64,000 nucleotides of DNA from Octopus vulgaris (Eukaryota), in contig OX597837.1 of assembly GCA_951406725.2 (NCBI GenBank), forward strand, positions 8,246,001-8,310,000, written 5' to 3'. The number at the start of each line of letters is the position of its first letter. Position 1 is the first letter of the stretch. The notes under the pieces are model-generated. The model did not search any database. It saw only the letters and a program-made list of their open reading frames with translations, and had not been told where the DNA came from. Shown here piece after piece: positions 27,540 through 42,709 of the stretch. The position numbers were made by a program, and so were the translations under genes.

Positions 27540-27950
27540 AATACGTAGTGTTATAGAGGTTAGCTGCCCTGATGATGTGAATATATTCTCCAAAATCAAA
27601 GAGACAGACGATAACTAAGAAGAAATGCTTCGAAACATCTAGCTTCTACATCTAGATTTAAAATTTACTTTTATATCAATAATAAATGATGCACTTTGTT
27701 TTGTGAACTGATGCCTAAGTGACAACCTGGAAAAGCTAGGATTTTCAGAAAAAGAAATCAATCATCGAACACGCGCAATAGAAATGGAATTAGTAAGTGG
27801 AATAGTACAAATATGCAAAACTATTCTCAAGTTTAGAATCTGACATTGTTTTTCTTTCCTATATTGTCATGAACGAAGTTTGTATAATTTTTTAGCAACT
27901 AGATCCTTACAGGAAGATTTCAAATAATCAAAATTTGAAGAGTATATACA
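27540..27950 (+). pseudogene. Old RLE-type LINE C-terminus, same group as 10205-10425
   Basis: VIEVSCPDDVNIFSKIKETDDN*EEMLRNI*LLHLD...CLSDNLEKLGFSEKE...QICKTILKF. Related 3' ends at about 23895-24115 and about 46600-46760. Confidence 0.65.
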
Positions 27951-28121
27951 AACGTTGCATGAACGGCTAATGAAATGACCGATAGCCTATAGAATGTATC
28001 AATGCCAGTGATAGTATCACCAGTGTAGATAAGCATAGTTTTTTTTGTGTTTTCAAAGCATGCACATCTACTATGTCTGTATTTATGTACATATTGATGA
28101 CTTTACAAGTGCTACAGGTAT

Positions 28122-28338
28122 TACTCTTTTACTCTTTTACTAGTTTCAGTCATTTGACTGCGGCCATGCTGGAACACCACCTCTAGTTGAGCAAATCGAC
28201 CCTGGGACTTATTCTTTGTAAGCCCAGTACTTATTCTATCGGTCTCTTTTACCGAACCGCTAAGTGACGGGGACGTAAACACACCAGCATCGGTTGTCAA
28301 GCAATGCTAGGGGGACAAACACAGACACACAAACATAT

Positions 28339-28371
<33 letters not shown>

Positions 28372-28506
28372 CATATATACGACAGGCTTCTTTCAGTCTC
28401 CGTCAACCAAATCCACTCACAAGGCATTGGTCGACCCGGGGCTATAGCAGAAGACACTTGCCTAAGATGCCACGCAGTGGGACTGAACCCGGAACCATGT
28501 GGTTGG
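28122..28506 (-). mobile_element. SINE family A copy
   Basis: Reverse complement of 40695-41030. Confidence 0.85.
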
Positions 28507-29530
28507 TTTCGCCACAGAATCTGTGACTCCTCACCAAGCGGTGTCGTATCACTAGCCAATTATAGGCACTGAATTTTATTGATATCTACTTAATTTGCAA
28601 GGCGGCGAGCTGACAGAAAATATTTTATTTGTATCATAAATATATTTATGCGTGTGTGTGATGTGGGGGTGTTCGTGTTTTTTACCCCACTACTGCTTGG
28701 CAACGAAACCTAGCGGTTACACAAAGGAGATCGAGAGAATAAGTAGCTGGTTTAGAAAACAAATAAGCGCTGAGGTCGATTCCTTCAACAAAAATTCTCC
28801 AAGACGGCTGCAGACTAATAACCGAAATAAGTAAAATGTAGTGCCTTCCATACACATCTTTAACCATCACCATTTCGAATCGAAAACGAAACAGAGTAGA
28901 GTATTATCGCTGCTATATATCTTCAGTAGGTTACATAGAAAAAGAAAAGTCTAGAAGCGCATGAAAATAAGATAACAAGAAAACAGGAAAATTTCTCTTT
29001 AAGTTTTAACATGCAGAATTTTAAAGACGCCATTTTGAATATGTCAACACAGTACCGAGTTTTCAATAGCAGCTGTCGTCGTCGAGTCGGTTGGCATGAT
29101 TATGAATATACGTATACATAATTGAAAATAAATAAATAGTAGAAACTTTAAGTTGATCTGCAATGACTATTATACAAATAATAAGCGTTTAATAATTATT
29201 AGGGAAAATATATACATGGACATGCATGCTTATAACCATTAGTACTCTCTCTGTCTCACGGCTGCGCAAACACACACACACACACGCACACACACACACA
29301 TACACACACACAGACACACATATATATATATGTATGTTATTATGTTAAATATATGCATAGACACACAATCACACACACACATATATAAATATATATACAT
29401 ACATGCATGTATATATGCAATCATCAAACATATGAATGTACACAAACACACACACACAGACATATATACACAGACACATGTTCTTTCTCGCTCTGTATAT
29501 ATATATATATATATACACATATATATATAC

Positions 29531-29568
<38 letters not shown>

Positions 29569-29895
29569 GTATATATATATACATATATATATGTATATAT
29601 ATATATATGTATATGTATATATATATACATATATATATATGTATATATATATATATGAGTATATATATATATATATGTATATATATACGTATATATGTAT
29701 ACACACATACATACATATATGTATACATATACATATATATAAATATATGAGATGTATAAGAAATTCTGAAGACCGTATTAACGATTTGGTATATATTATT
29801 TCCGTTTTAGTGTCTGTAATTGAATGTAAACACTCCTGTGCATGCGCACAAATATGTAATGGAGAATCCGGAAGTGTACAGGTGTTTATCGATGA

Positions 29896-30340
<445 letters not shown>

Positions 30341-30421
30341 TCTCTAGAAGAAAACCGTGGCACTGCTTTACTCAACACATCAGTACACTAATTGACATAT
30401 ACCATTAGTCCAGAATATTAC

Positions 30422-30464
<43 letters not shown>

Positions 30465-30476
30465 TGCGTAGATGCA

Positions 30477-30795
30477 GGTGCGTGGCTTAGTGGTTAGGGT
30501 GTCGGCTCAAGATCGTAACGTTGTGAGTTCGATCACCGGCAGCCCGTTGTGTCCCTGAGCAAGATATTTTATTTTGCGTTCCTCCAGTCTTTCCAGCTTG
30601 CAAAGATGATTTGCATCTGCAATTCAAAAAAGACCAGCTTTGTTCCATTCTGTACCACACTTAATCTTCCCAAGAACCACGTTAAGGTTACACATGCCTG
30701 TGGAGTACTCAGCCACTTGCACGTTAATTTCGCGTGCAGGTTGTTCAGTTGATAGGATGAAGGGGAACCTCTCGTCGTCGTAACCGACGGAGTAT
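30477..30795 (+). mobile_element. tRNA-derived SINE family C
   Basis: A box TGGCTTAGTGG and B box GAGTTCGATC, then a gtgtccctgagcaag core. Confidence 0.72.
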
Positions 30796-30796
30796 T

Positions 30797-30827
<31 letters not shown>

Positions 30828-30830
30828 ATA

Positions 30831-31165
30831 TAGGTATAAAAATTATACATAAAAAGGGACAAGAACGTGAAATACACAAAGAGACGACACAAAAAAAGGA
30901 CGGGTCATTCGAAGCCTTTAATCTTCCGTCAGGAACCTGATCATCATAGCAAAGTTCGGCTGATTAATCCTGATATTGCTCCGATCCGGCCAGCCCCAAG
31001 GAAAAACTAAGCTGCGAGCATTAGATTTCTTGGAAAAAGGATCGAATGTATACGAAACAAGGGCAGAAAAACGGACGAAGCCACACAAATATAAATACAA
31101 AAAACAAAAATAAAATTAAAAACAAGAATGGTAATAACAGGACAACAGCAGGTCTCTTACGACTT
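30831..31165. repeat. Dispersed repeat adjacent to a TA/TG tract; shorter copy at 17777-17907
   Basis: Both share ggacaagaacg..agacgacac..cattcgaa..tcttc.gtca.gaacc.gatcatc.tag..ttcggctgat. Confidence 0.6.
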
Positions 31166-31494
31166 GAGACAAATTTAACTTATCTAGCAGGCGTGTATAT
31201 ATATATGTATATATAGATCTATTATTCTTATCATCTAAGAAAGACATTTGATATTCTTTATCATTATTCCAAGTAAACAGGGGGAAAGAATATATGCCTT
31301 AATTCACTGGAACGAGAAATAACAAAGGGTTCCTGGGTAAGTAGGGGCTGCATATGCAGCGGTGACAAAGCGGAGATGCTGTTTAAGAATCGAGAAAGCG
31401 GGGATGAGGCGAGGTGGTTCCGAAAACAATGAACTCCGAATAATTAAAACGCGCTGCAAGAAACATACAACAACAAAAGAAAACAACACCAAAT

Positions 31495-31516
31495 TAATAA
31501 TAATAATAATAATAAC

Positions 31517-31551
<35 letters not shown>

Positions 31552-31610
31552 TAATAATAATAATAATAATAATAATAACGATGATGATGATGATGATAAT
31601 AATGATGATG

Positions 31611-31707
<97 letters not shown>

Positions 31708-31781
31708 TAATAATAATAATAATAATATTAATAATAATAATAATGAAATTAATGATGATGATGATGATGATGATAATGGTG

Positions 31782-31842
<61 letters not shown>

Positions 31843-31858
31843 TAATAATAATGATAAA
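31495..31858. repeat. (AAT/GAT)n microsatellite
   Basis: Read directly from the sequence. Confidence 0.95.
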
Positions 31859-32240
31859 TGAATAAAGAAAGAAAATAGCAAAATGTTATTTTATAGAAGT
31901 ATGTTGGAATTCGCGTTGAGAACACAGAAAGCTGTCATCCATAAACAATCTTCAACCGGATTATTTGTCCATAAAGCATATGGGATTTTTCTGAGATTTT
32001 CAAATAATTTTACAGTTTCCGCGTTTGTGAACCAATGACGTACGCACTTCTCAAAGCAAGGAGTTCTTGCGCGAAATTAAAAATCTTCGCAGAAGCATGC
32101 GAGGAATCAAGCAAAATAGTAAATACTAACAACACGATGATGAAGTGATGAAGACAATAAACCGATATCGAATAATTGTTTCATTACATATATGCGTGAG
32201 TGTGCATATATATATATACAACCATAGACACATATACATG

Positions 32241-32273
<33 letters not shown>

Positions 32274-32382
32274 GTGGTGTATGTTTACGATATATTTACG
32301 CGTGCATATATATGTATGTATGTATGTATGTGCCTATATCTAAATATATATACATGTATTCGTATATATATGTATAATATAT

Positions 32383-32417
<35 letters not shown>

Positions 32418-32426
32418 TATGTATAC

Positions 32427-32486
<60 letters not shown>

Positions 32487-32555
32487 GTATATATGCATAT
32501 ATATAAATATTTAAGTCTCTCTCACTCCCTCTCTCATCCATCTATCATTCTATTC

Positions 32556-32647
<92 letters not shown>

Positions 32648-33594
32648 GTTATGCTAGTCTGCTATGGTGAATCTACAAACATACAAGGCATGTAAGTGTA
32701 TATTTTTGCCCCTGAAGAGATTATGCGCAGCAATGTGTGTTTAATAGTCAATCAGTTTCACTAAGTATATTTGAAACAGCTGTAATGGTTAATGTTCGAT
32801 TTGCTGCTGATAATAAACTTCAAAATCTCCATTTTCTTCTTCTACCTTTGTAAATATATATGCATACATATCAAGGTACACGTATGTATGTATGTATGTA
32901 TGTATGTATGTATGTATGTATGTATGTATGTATGTATGTATGTATGTTTTCCGTTGAGTTTTTTTAACAGGGTTTTTTAAGAAGGTTCAAGCGATTAGAC
33001 ATTTTTCAGTTAAGAGAGTTCCCGGTGTCTGCAAATATGTGACTGAGTTGCCATGATAGTTAAACTGTCGAAGCACTGACGCAGGTCTTTGCATTTATTC
33101 ACCTAAAGAATCTCTGTTTGAGATTTTTAAAAATAACTTCCATATCTTCACTGTACGCTAATTTCTTTTGCTCATTTTTTTCAACAAACATTATATTTCT
33201 AGACATTTGTGCGAATTTGAAAATTCGTATGTATGTATGGATGTACGTTATATTTGTATTTAATGAATGTATGCACTGTACGCATAAATTTTCTTCTCTT
33301 TAAATATTTAAATGATTATCCTGTACATATTTACTCATATCTTTTCTGAAAAGCTGCCTTCAAGCGAGCAAGTATGTTATAACTTGTAAGATATCTTCAC
33401 CAGATATACATACAAACATACACACATTCATACATACACACCCACATACATACATACATACACACATACATACATACATACATACATACATTCATGCATA
33501 CATTCATACATACACACATATATATATGTATATTTATATATAGATACACATATATACGATATATATGTGTTTACGTATATTTATATGTATATAT

Positions 33595-33655
<61 letters not shown>

Positions 33656-33879
33656 CATTCATATATATATACATACATATTCATACACGTATATATACAT
33701 ATATAGACAAATGTATATATATAGACATATCTATATATTTATGGATATATATACATATATATAAATGCATATAAAAAAAAGATTGAGATATATGGAGAGA
33801 TAATAAACGATTATGTAAATATATGTGTATGTGTGTGTGTATCTCTTGCTTTCTCTCTTACTCTCTCCCTCTCTTTTTC

Positions 33880-33926
<47 letters not shown>

Positions 33927-33997
33927 ATATTTATACATATACATGTTTGCATATACGTAGGAGTATATGTTTCATTACATTATAAACATAATGCAAA

Positions 33998-34076
<79 letters not shown>

Positions 34077-34548
34077 CGAGGATGCATGAATGCCTGTGAA
34101 GGCATGTATGTGTTTGTATATGTGTTGCGTGCGCGCGTGTGTGTGTATGTATCGGTGTGTGCGTGTGTGTGTGAGCTTCTTTTCAATGCCTGTCACGTGC
34201 CTATCTTGAGATATATATCTCTGAAACAACCCCCACACACACACACATACACACACATATATATGCACATATATGTCTGTGTTATATGTATATCTATATA
34301 TACATAAATATATACATTTAAAAAATTTCGCAGAAACACAACAAACGGTTAATTTGACAAAAACACAAGAAACGGAAAACTCGTAACTAATTCTTCATCA
34401 ATGTCCATACACATACATACGCACACACACATACAGACCTATATATATATATATATATCCATTTTTACTTACACACACATGTGTGAATATATATATTTAT
34501 ACACACATATATATGTATATATACATATATATATCAATCATATATATC

Positions 34549-34591
<43 letters not shown>

Positions 34592-34632
34592 TATGTATAT
34601 ATACATACAAATATATATCAATCATATATATC

Positions 34633-34693
<61 letters not shown>

Positions 34694-34740
34694 TGCGTGC
34701 ATATCGATATATACATATATATGTGTATCTTTATACGCAC

Positions 34741-34778
<38 letters not shown>

Positions 34779-34977
34779 ATACACATACATATACACATCT
34801 GCGTAGGTATATATGTTGCGTGTGTGTACACTTCTAAACGGATTCCTGTTAAGTTCATTTCTATAAAGCTATAAATAATAAATCGACATATAAGTTCAAC
34901 CAAATAAAATGAAGTGCGCACACAGCACCATATACACTCATTCACGAGCACGCTTATAAGCATACGTATATACATAA

Positions 34978-35010
<33 letters not shown>

Positions 35011-35332
35011 CACACACATGCACACACACACACATACATATGTTCAAACATGTTTACATAACATTGTAAGTGTATTCTATATATATATATGCACACATAT
35101 TTATATACATACACACACACACACACATATATATATATATTTACGCACAGACAATCACACACAGTGTATGTATATATACATATGCACCTTCTCTACCGCC
35201 ATATTTCTTAAACTACATCTAACTTCCTTTATTTACCGTTTTTCTCTTTATTTTTACCTTTTCCCCATATCCGCCATATTACTTCCATCTTTCAACTATC
35301 TCATATCACCCTTTTCTCCCCACCTCTATTCT

Positions 35333-35548
35333 TTCTTCTTCTTCTTCTTCTTCTTCTTCTTCTTCTTCTTCTTCTTCTTCTTCTTCTTCTTCTTCTTCTT
35401 CTTCTTCTTCTTCTTCTTCTCCTCCTCCTCCGCCTCCTCCTCCTCCTCCTCCTCCTCCTCCTTCTTCTTCTTCTTCTCCTTCTTCATCTCCTCTTCCTCC
35501 TCCTCCTCCTTCTTCTTCTTCTTCTTCTTCTTCTTCTTCTTCTTCTTC
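35333..35548. repeat. (CTT/CCT)n polypyrimidine array
   Basis: Read directly from the sequence. Confidence 0.95.
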
Positions 35549-35859
35549 TTTAAACTGAAAATGAACTTCAAAAATTATTTGAAGAACCAATTTAAAATTT
35601 AATTCATTATTTATTTGAATTTGTATTTAGTTTTTTATTCGTTTTTTTCTTTTTGTTTTAAAGCGAGAGAGATTATTTGTTGTTGTTGTTGTTCGTGTAG
35701 ATGAAGATGAAGATGATGATGATGATGATGATGATGAAGATGATGATGATTATGGCGTCGTTTTGTTGTTTATATTCGTGTTGATAAAGTTCCCATTGCG
35801 ACTGTCATCGTAGTCGTCGTCATCGTCGTCATCGTTAGTGTTCTAGTTCCATTTCTTCC

Positions 35860-35860
<1 letters not shown>

Positions 35861-35929
<69 letters not shown>

Positions 35930-36014
35930 CGCTGCGACTGCTGCTGCTACCCGCTCCACTTCCTCCTCTTGCTGCTGCTGCTACTACTAATATTATAACT
36001 ACTACTACTGCTGT

Positions 36015-36075
<61 letters not shown>

Positions 36076-36192
36076 CGCTGCGACTGCTGCTGCTACCGCT
36101 CCACTTCCTCCTCTTGCTGCTGCTACTACTAATATTATAACTACTACTGCTGCTGTTACTACTACTACTACTCTACTACAACTACTACTACA

Positions 36193-36229
<37 letters not shown>

Positions 36230-36317
36230 TACCACTGCGACTGCTGCTGCTACCCGCTCCACTTCCTCCTCTTGCTGCTGCTGCTACTACTAATATTATA
36301 ACTACTACTGCTGCTGT

Positions 36318-36360
<43 letters not shown>
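35861..36360. repeat. Compound minisatellite: 3 units, each (CTA)n plus a core of about 85 nt
   Basis: c(g/a)ctgcgactgctgctgctac(c)cgctccacttcctcctcttgctgctgctactactaatattataac occurs at about 35930, 36076 and 36233. Confidence 0.85.
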
Positions 36361-36362
<2 letters not shown>

Positions 36363-36429
36363 CCGTCACCCATACTCTCCCCTTCACTATTACCACCACT
36401 ACCACAACCACAGCCACAACCGTAAACCG

Positions 36430-36638
36430 AAATTATTGGAAACTTGTGGACCCTATTGTAATAGAACAAGTCTGTGTAAATTGTGTATGGCAGAAAAATA
36501 TATTATCCTCATGAACTAGGAGGCTACCTGAACACCAGGACGGAAGCCGTAGGGAGTTGTCCACACTTTCGGAAATTTTTACTTCAAAACTGGAAAACCT
36601 ACCTATTAAGCGAAGGAAGACAACTGGCCCGGTCATAA
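36430..36638 (+). pseudogene. Degenerate C-terminus of a second PLE GIY-YIG endonuclease type
   Basis: Manual translation gives KLLETCGPYCNRTSLCKLCMAEKYIILMN*, then a frameshift to GYLNTRTEAVGSCPHFRKFLLQNWK. This fits the PLE CxLCxxEK...LNxRxE...CxH..KFLL pattern. Confidence 0.7.
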
Positions 36639-36716
36639 TTTTTTAAGAGGAATATTTCTTGAACTAACACCGGCGTCCTTGTGTTTAAAAAGAATTCTTT
36701 GCAGAGAATGGTTATC

Positions 36717-36780
36717 GTTTAGAAAAACTGAAGAAATGTCTAGTTGACGCTAGATATGAAACCAATGGTTTTTTCTAAAC
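36717..36780 (+). ncRNA. Type I hammerhead ribozyme downstream of the PLE EN remnant
   Basis: GTTTAGAAAAa|CTGAAGA|a|ATGTCTAG-ttgacg-CTAGATAT|GAAA|CCA-a-TGG|TT|TTTTCTAAAC. 10-bp stem I, 8-bp stem II. Confidence 0.75.
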
Positions 36781-36887
36781 TAATAAGTTACATATACAAA
36801 TATAACAACAACAACAATAACAACAACAGCATTAATAATAATAATAATAATGATAACAATAATAATAACAACAACAATAATAATAAT

Positions 36888-36928
<41 letters not shown>

Positions 36929-37011
36929 TAATAATAATAATATAACAATAATAATATGATAATAATAATAATACTGATAATAATAATAACAACAATAATA
37001 ATAATAATAGA

Positions 37012-37143
<132 letters not shown>

Positions 37144-37638
37144 GGCAAGTTTGTGTGTTTGTGAATTTGCTACTTTAATCTCTCCAAGTCTATCCAACAG
37201 ACCTTGATGAAACTTGACATGTGTGTGTGGGGTGGGGGATTATACCCATGCAGTCATTTACATACTTGGAATTTTTAAAAATCAATTTTTAATTAACATC
37301 GATTTTTTCAAAAATCATAAAATTTCGTCTTATTTCCCACTAGCTGTTGTGACATCAATTTGACGAAAATTGCCGAAATTTGACGAAAAATGTTTGATGG
37401 CTATCAACAAACAGCTTATTAACGGTAATCTATTTAGCATTTGATAATTCTGTATTTGAATGCGAATTGCTTAGATTTGCTAAAACTTATTTATTTCAAT
37501 TCCCCAGAGTTTCAGGTTTCGTTTAGGAAAGACAATTTCTTTCTCAATCAAAATTTAGGCATTTTACGCTCTAGCAGATAGGCAGATAGACAGATAGATG
37601 TATAAATGGATAGATGGGTAAATAGATAGATAGTTAGG

Positions 37639-37671
<33 letters not shown>

Positions 37672-37761
37672 TAATAAATAAAATATATGCATACATACAA
37701 ACATATATGTACGTACCGACAACTACATGTATATATACATACATATATAAATATATATACG

Positions 37762-37990
37762 TACAGGACATCACAGGAAGACGAAAGAATCAACAGAGCG
37801 AAAACGGAAAAGACATTTTGTTACAACAGAAGGACAGAGACGTGGAACAAGACGAAACGAAAACGAAAACGGGAAAAACAATTAAGTGCAACAGAAAAAC
37901 GAAGTACAGGACATGCTACACAAGGAAAAATCCCCTTCATCAGCTGTCGCTAGCAGATACGTGTTTCGAAGGCAGAGACAGAAGATTGAT
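37762..37990 (-). repeat. Dispersed repeat; related tail at 25885-26000 (+)
   Basis: The reverse complement of gtacaggacatcacag...gaaaacg..aaaa resembles 25890-26000. Contains GAAA and CTGATGA boxes in permuted order. Confidence 0.5.
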
Positions 37991-38011
37991 AGATAGATAG
38001 AGAGAGAGAGA

Positions 38012-38049
<38 letters not shown>

Positions 38050-38051
38050 CA

Positions 38052-38140
<89 letters not shown>

Positions 38141-38691
38141 ATAGATTGATAGATGATAGATAGATAGATTTATAGATTTCCATAAATATATGATTATTTT
38201 TTGGTCTATATATGCATCTTTTGGTCTAAATGCATCAAAGTATTTCGTAATTTGAATCCATTGAGTTTCCTGGGACCAGTTAGTTGAAAGTTACGATCGT
38301 ATACACATATACGCATCCGTGCACCCTTCACGAATACATACACTTCCAAGCATACGCATACACATATATGTATAGCCATGTCTGTGTGTGTATATATATA
38401 TGTATTTATATATATTTAGATATATGTACATATGCGTACAATCCTATTCGTGAATTTAAGGGTACGCATGGATGTATATGAATATCTGCTATTGTTGCAT
38501 CAATTATGCATTTACACACGCACACACACACACGCAAATACATACACACATACAAACACACATATATACATATATGTAGGTACATATATATTCACATATA
38601 CATATATAAAAATATATTCGTTGTACGTATATATATACATCTGCATATATATTTACATATACACACAGACATACATACATATAAATATATT

Positions 38692-38727
<36 letters not shown>

Positions 38728-38867
38728 AATATATACGTATATTTTTATATATATATATATACATACATATATATACATGTATGTATGTATGTATGTATGT
38801 TCACACACAGATATACACTACACAGAAATAGACATACACAGAAATAGACATACATACATCATACATT

Positions 38868-38928
<61 letters not shown>

Positions 38929-39859
38929 ATGAATAGATAACGATATGTACATCTTTAAGTATGTATTTATTTATAGGTCTATATATTTCTGCTGTATGTA
39001 TTTATGTCTACATCAATAAATAAACACCTGAACCATTCCGGAATATTAAGAATTGCAGATATTGGTTAGAATTGCATATTTAAGCAGAAAGCACTTAGGT
39101 GAAGAATGGTCCCAGGCATCGTGCTTTCTCATTAGAGATACGGTATTGTGTTAGATTTAAGTTCATGTTTTTTGTTTTTTATATTGTTTTTCACTTTTTC
39201 TTAACTGATGTATATTATGGTGTCGGTGGTGTTCGCGGCTGTGTTGTTGTTGTTGGTAGCGGTGCTATAGCATGCTTGATTTTTCAAAATAGATATTTGT
39301 TTTATAGTTTTTAGGTTTATGTGTGTGTGCGAGTTGGTGTGTATTTGTGTTGTGTGTGTGTGTGTGTGCCTGTGTGTGTATGTGTTTGTATGCGAATATG
39401 TTTTATATTTATCTACATGGATACACACACATACACACACACGCACATACATACATATTTAGATATATACTTCTATGTGTGTATGTATATTACTAAATAT
39501 ATAGACAATCACACACAGACACACACACACACACTCACATATATATCTATACATATAGATGTGTATATGTACGTTCGTACTTACGTATATAAATATATAG
39601 GTATATAATTTTATATAGTGATTGTGTGAGAGATAGAGAGAGAGAGAGAGGGAGAAAGATGTACATATGTATATATATGTATATATACAAATAGCCAAAT
39701 AGAGATACATATATCCATAAAAAATGTTTATCGTACATACCTACACACACACACACGCTCACACTGATGCACACACAGATACACGTGTCTGCATATATAT
39801 ATATATATATACACATATTCAATTTGTATCGTAAAAATTCACATGTGTCTATATGTATG

Positions 39860-39902
<43 letters not shown>

Positions 39903-40467
39903 TGTGTGTGTGTGTATACACGCGTGAACTCCAACACTCTAACATCAAACAAATAGATATATACACAGATACTCACATGCATATATTTCTAACGTTTTGA
40001 TGTGATAAATGTCTCACAAATCCCCAGGGTGACATTCTCGCAATCAAATATATTTAGAAAGAAATTAGTTTTACACATAGATGCACATTTATGTGCACGC
40101 AAATACACACACACACACACACACACTCACTCACACACACGCACGTTTGCCTTCCTGCTCGTCTACCTACGCAAGCTATAACTCGCGTATACATATATAT
40201 ATGTATATATGCACATATAAGTAAACATATACGCCATAGAAAAACAGAATGGACTAATCAGAACAGGAGGCGACACGGGTGGGGGAGGGGCGATGAACAG
40301 TCGCTGAAGGGGTCACAGGTGTGTAATGAAAGATTTCAGACAATGGACATAGAATAATAATAACCATAATAATAAACAAATGAAGAGCGAATATACAGTG
40401 CGTGTGTTTATTTGGTATAAAGAAAAAAATGACCGTCCCGAAATATAAATCTTTATATATATATATA

Positions 40468-40652
40468 GTTAATCCAAACAAGAAAGCACAAAATAAACAC
40501 AACAACGCGAGGACGTGGAACAAATATAGTATTATTGGTCGCTCAGGGAAGAAGGAAAGAAGGAGGGTTTAACGTTTCGAGCGGAGCTCTTCGTCGGAAC
40601 CATAGAAGGAAAGATCCAGAGAAGGGAAGACAGAGGAAAAAAATCGCCAACG
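40468..40652 (-). mobile_element. Copy of the 23015 family (HHR-like motif at 40568-40599)
   Basis: Shares gttaatccaaacaaga...aacgcgaggacgtggaacaa...tttaacgtttcgagcggagctcttcgtcggaa with 23015-23190. Confidence 0.7.
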
Positions 40653-40659
40653 ATATATA

Positions 40660-41030
40660 GGCGTAGGATTGGCTGTGTGGTAAGTAGCTTGCTTACCAAC
40701 CACATGGCTCCGGGTTCAGTCCCACTGCGTGGCACCCTGGGCAAATGTCTTCTACGATAGCCTTGGGCCGGCCAAAGCCTTGTGAGCGGATTTGGTTGAC
40801 GGAAACTGAAAGAAGTCCGTCGTATATACGTATATATATATGTGTACGTGTGTGTATATGTTTGTGTGTCTGTATTTGTTCCCCCAACATCGCTCGACAA
40901 CAGATGGTGATGTGTTTACGTCTCCGTAACTTAGCGGTTCTGCAAAAGAGACCGATAGAATGAGTACTAGGCTTACAAACAATAATTCCTGGGGTTGATT
41001 TGCTCGACTAAAGGCGGTGCTCCAGCATAG
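40660..41030 (+). mobile_element. tRNA-derived SINE family A (near full length)
   Basis: A box tggctgtgtggt and B box gggttcagtccc, then a ggcaccctgggcaa core. Many copies in the window. Confidence 0.85.
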
Positions 41031-41120
41031 ACACAGCTTATATAGAAAATCAGCAGTTTGTAAGCCATTTAAGAAACACACAAAAACCGTTAGATTCATT
41101 CGAACATTTAAATATGATTT

Positions 41121-41163
41121 GTCAAAATATTTTCATCGCTTTGAGACTGCGACCTGTTCACTG
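41121..41163 (-). ncRNA. Hammerhead variant with G3-C8 core
   Basis: Minus strand reads CA|GTGAACA|g|GTCGC-agtctcaaa-GCGAT|GAAA|ATA|TT|TTGAC. The 5' strand of stem I is cut by the adjacent SINE. Confidence 0.55.
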
Positions 41164-41260
41164 TAGAAGACACTTGCGCAAGGTGCCATGCAGTGGGACT
41201 GGACCTGGAACCGTGTGGCTAGGAAGCAAGCTTCTTACCACAAAGCAACGTCAGCACCTA
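41163..41260 (-). mobile_element. SINE family A head
   Basis: tagaagacacttgcgcaaggtgccatgcagtgggactgg...cttaccaca. Confidence 0.75.
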
Positions 41261-41653
41261 ATAAATCACCATAAAAGGCATTAAAAAGTGACGGGTATGC
41301 AAGTCAGGTTATCGGATAGATTATTATGTAATGAAAAGAACTGAAATCTTCCCGCCAAATTGCCAAGTCGAATATTCTAGAAACCCCGCTGGTTAAATAA
41401 GTTCTTATAACTTCGTTCTAGCGGTGTTAGCATGGAGGTAGCTTCTGTCATTGCGAAAAAAATTTTTGTGTGTAAATGTGCGTGTGTGAGTTTGTATGCG
41501 TTTGTGCGAGTGCGTACGCGCGCGTGTGTGTGTGTGTGTGTGTGTATGGGTGTGTGTGCGAGTGCGCGTATGTGTTGTAAATGCGTGCGTGTACGTACGC
41601 ATACATTATTTTTACTTTTTACAGATATAAACGCATACAGACATTCACATACA

Positions 41654-41701
<48 letters not shown>

Positions 41702-41847
41702 CACCTTAATATGCATACATATATGAAAATATGTGTGTGTACGATTGTGTTGTAAACATGTGCATGTAAAAACGAATGCCCATATAAATACATGCACACA
41801 CACACATATTTATATATATGTCTATATATATATATATATATATTTAT

Positions 41848-41897
<50 letters not shown>

Positions 41898-41900
41898 TAT

Positions 41901-41944
<44 letters not shown>

Positions 41945-42334
41945 TTATATATCTTTATATATATATATATATATATACACACACATACATACATATATAT
42001 ATATATATTTACATATATAAATATATATACATATGTATATATATTTGTATAATCAATGGTTTAAAGAGCAATATTTTCAAATACATGGCACCACCGAAAC
42101 TTCTAAAACGCTAGAATCAAATTGTTGATTAAAAATTGGCGAGGTTCTAATGAGTTTTCGCAATTTAATTTCCCTTTCCAATGATGACGTGGAATAAAAA
42201 TTGCCGAAGAATAAAATTAGAAAAATGATTAAAAATAAGACAAATAATAATGAAAGACATTACTCAATTCTTGTAACTTTAAATATACAAAATAAATAAT
42301 AAACAAAATGAATATGCGGAAATGTACTAGAACC

Positions 42335-42385
<51 letters not shown>

Positions 42386-42433
42386 AATAAGCTTCTAACC
42401 ACATGGCGATACATACATACATACATACATACA

Positions 42434-42524
<91 letters not shown>

Positions 42525-42709
42525 TATATATATGTATGTATATATGTATGTATGTATCGCCATGTGGTTAGAAGCTTACTTCACATGGTTCCAGGTTAAG
42601 TCCCATTGCATGGCACCTTGGGCGCAAGCTTCTTACCATATACATACATATATATATATACCACATAGTTTCTGTCTAACAAACATCTGTGATATAAATA
42701 TTGAAATGT

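Noticed and set aside
29025-29040. YY1-like CGCCATTTT motif (also AAAATGGCG at about 48654)
   Set aside because: A short motif with no supporting promoter or exon context.
31300-31345. Consensus splice donor GG/GTAAGT suggesting an exon
   Set aside because: There is no convincing acceptor or coding frame, and single donors occur by chance.
35861-36360. CRISPR-like repeat-spacer array
   Set aside because: The spacers are (CTA)n, the context is eukaryotic, and there are no cas genes.
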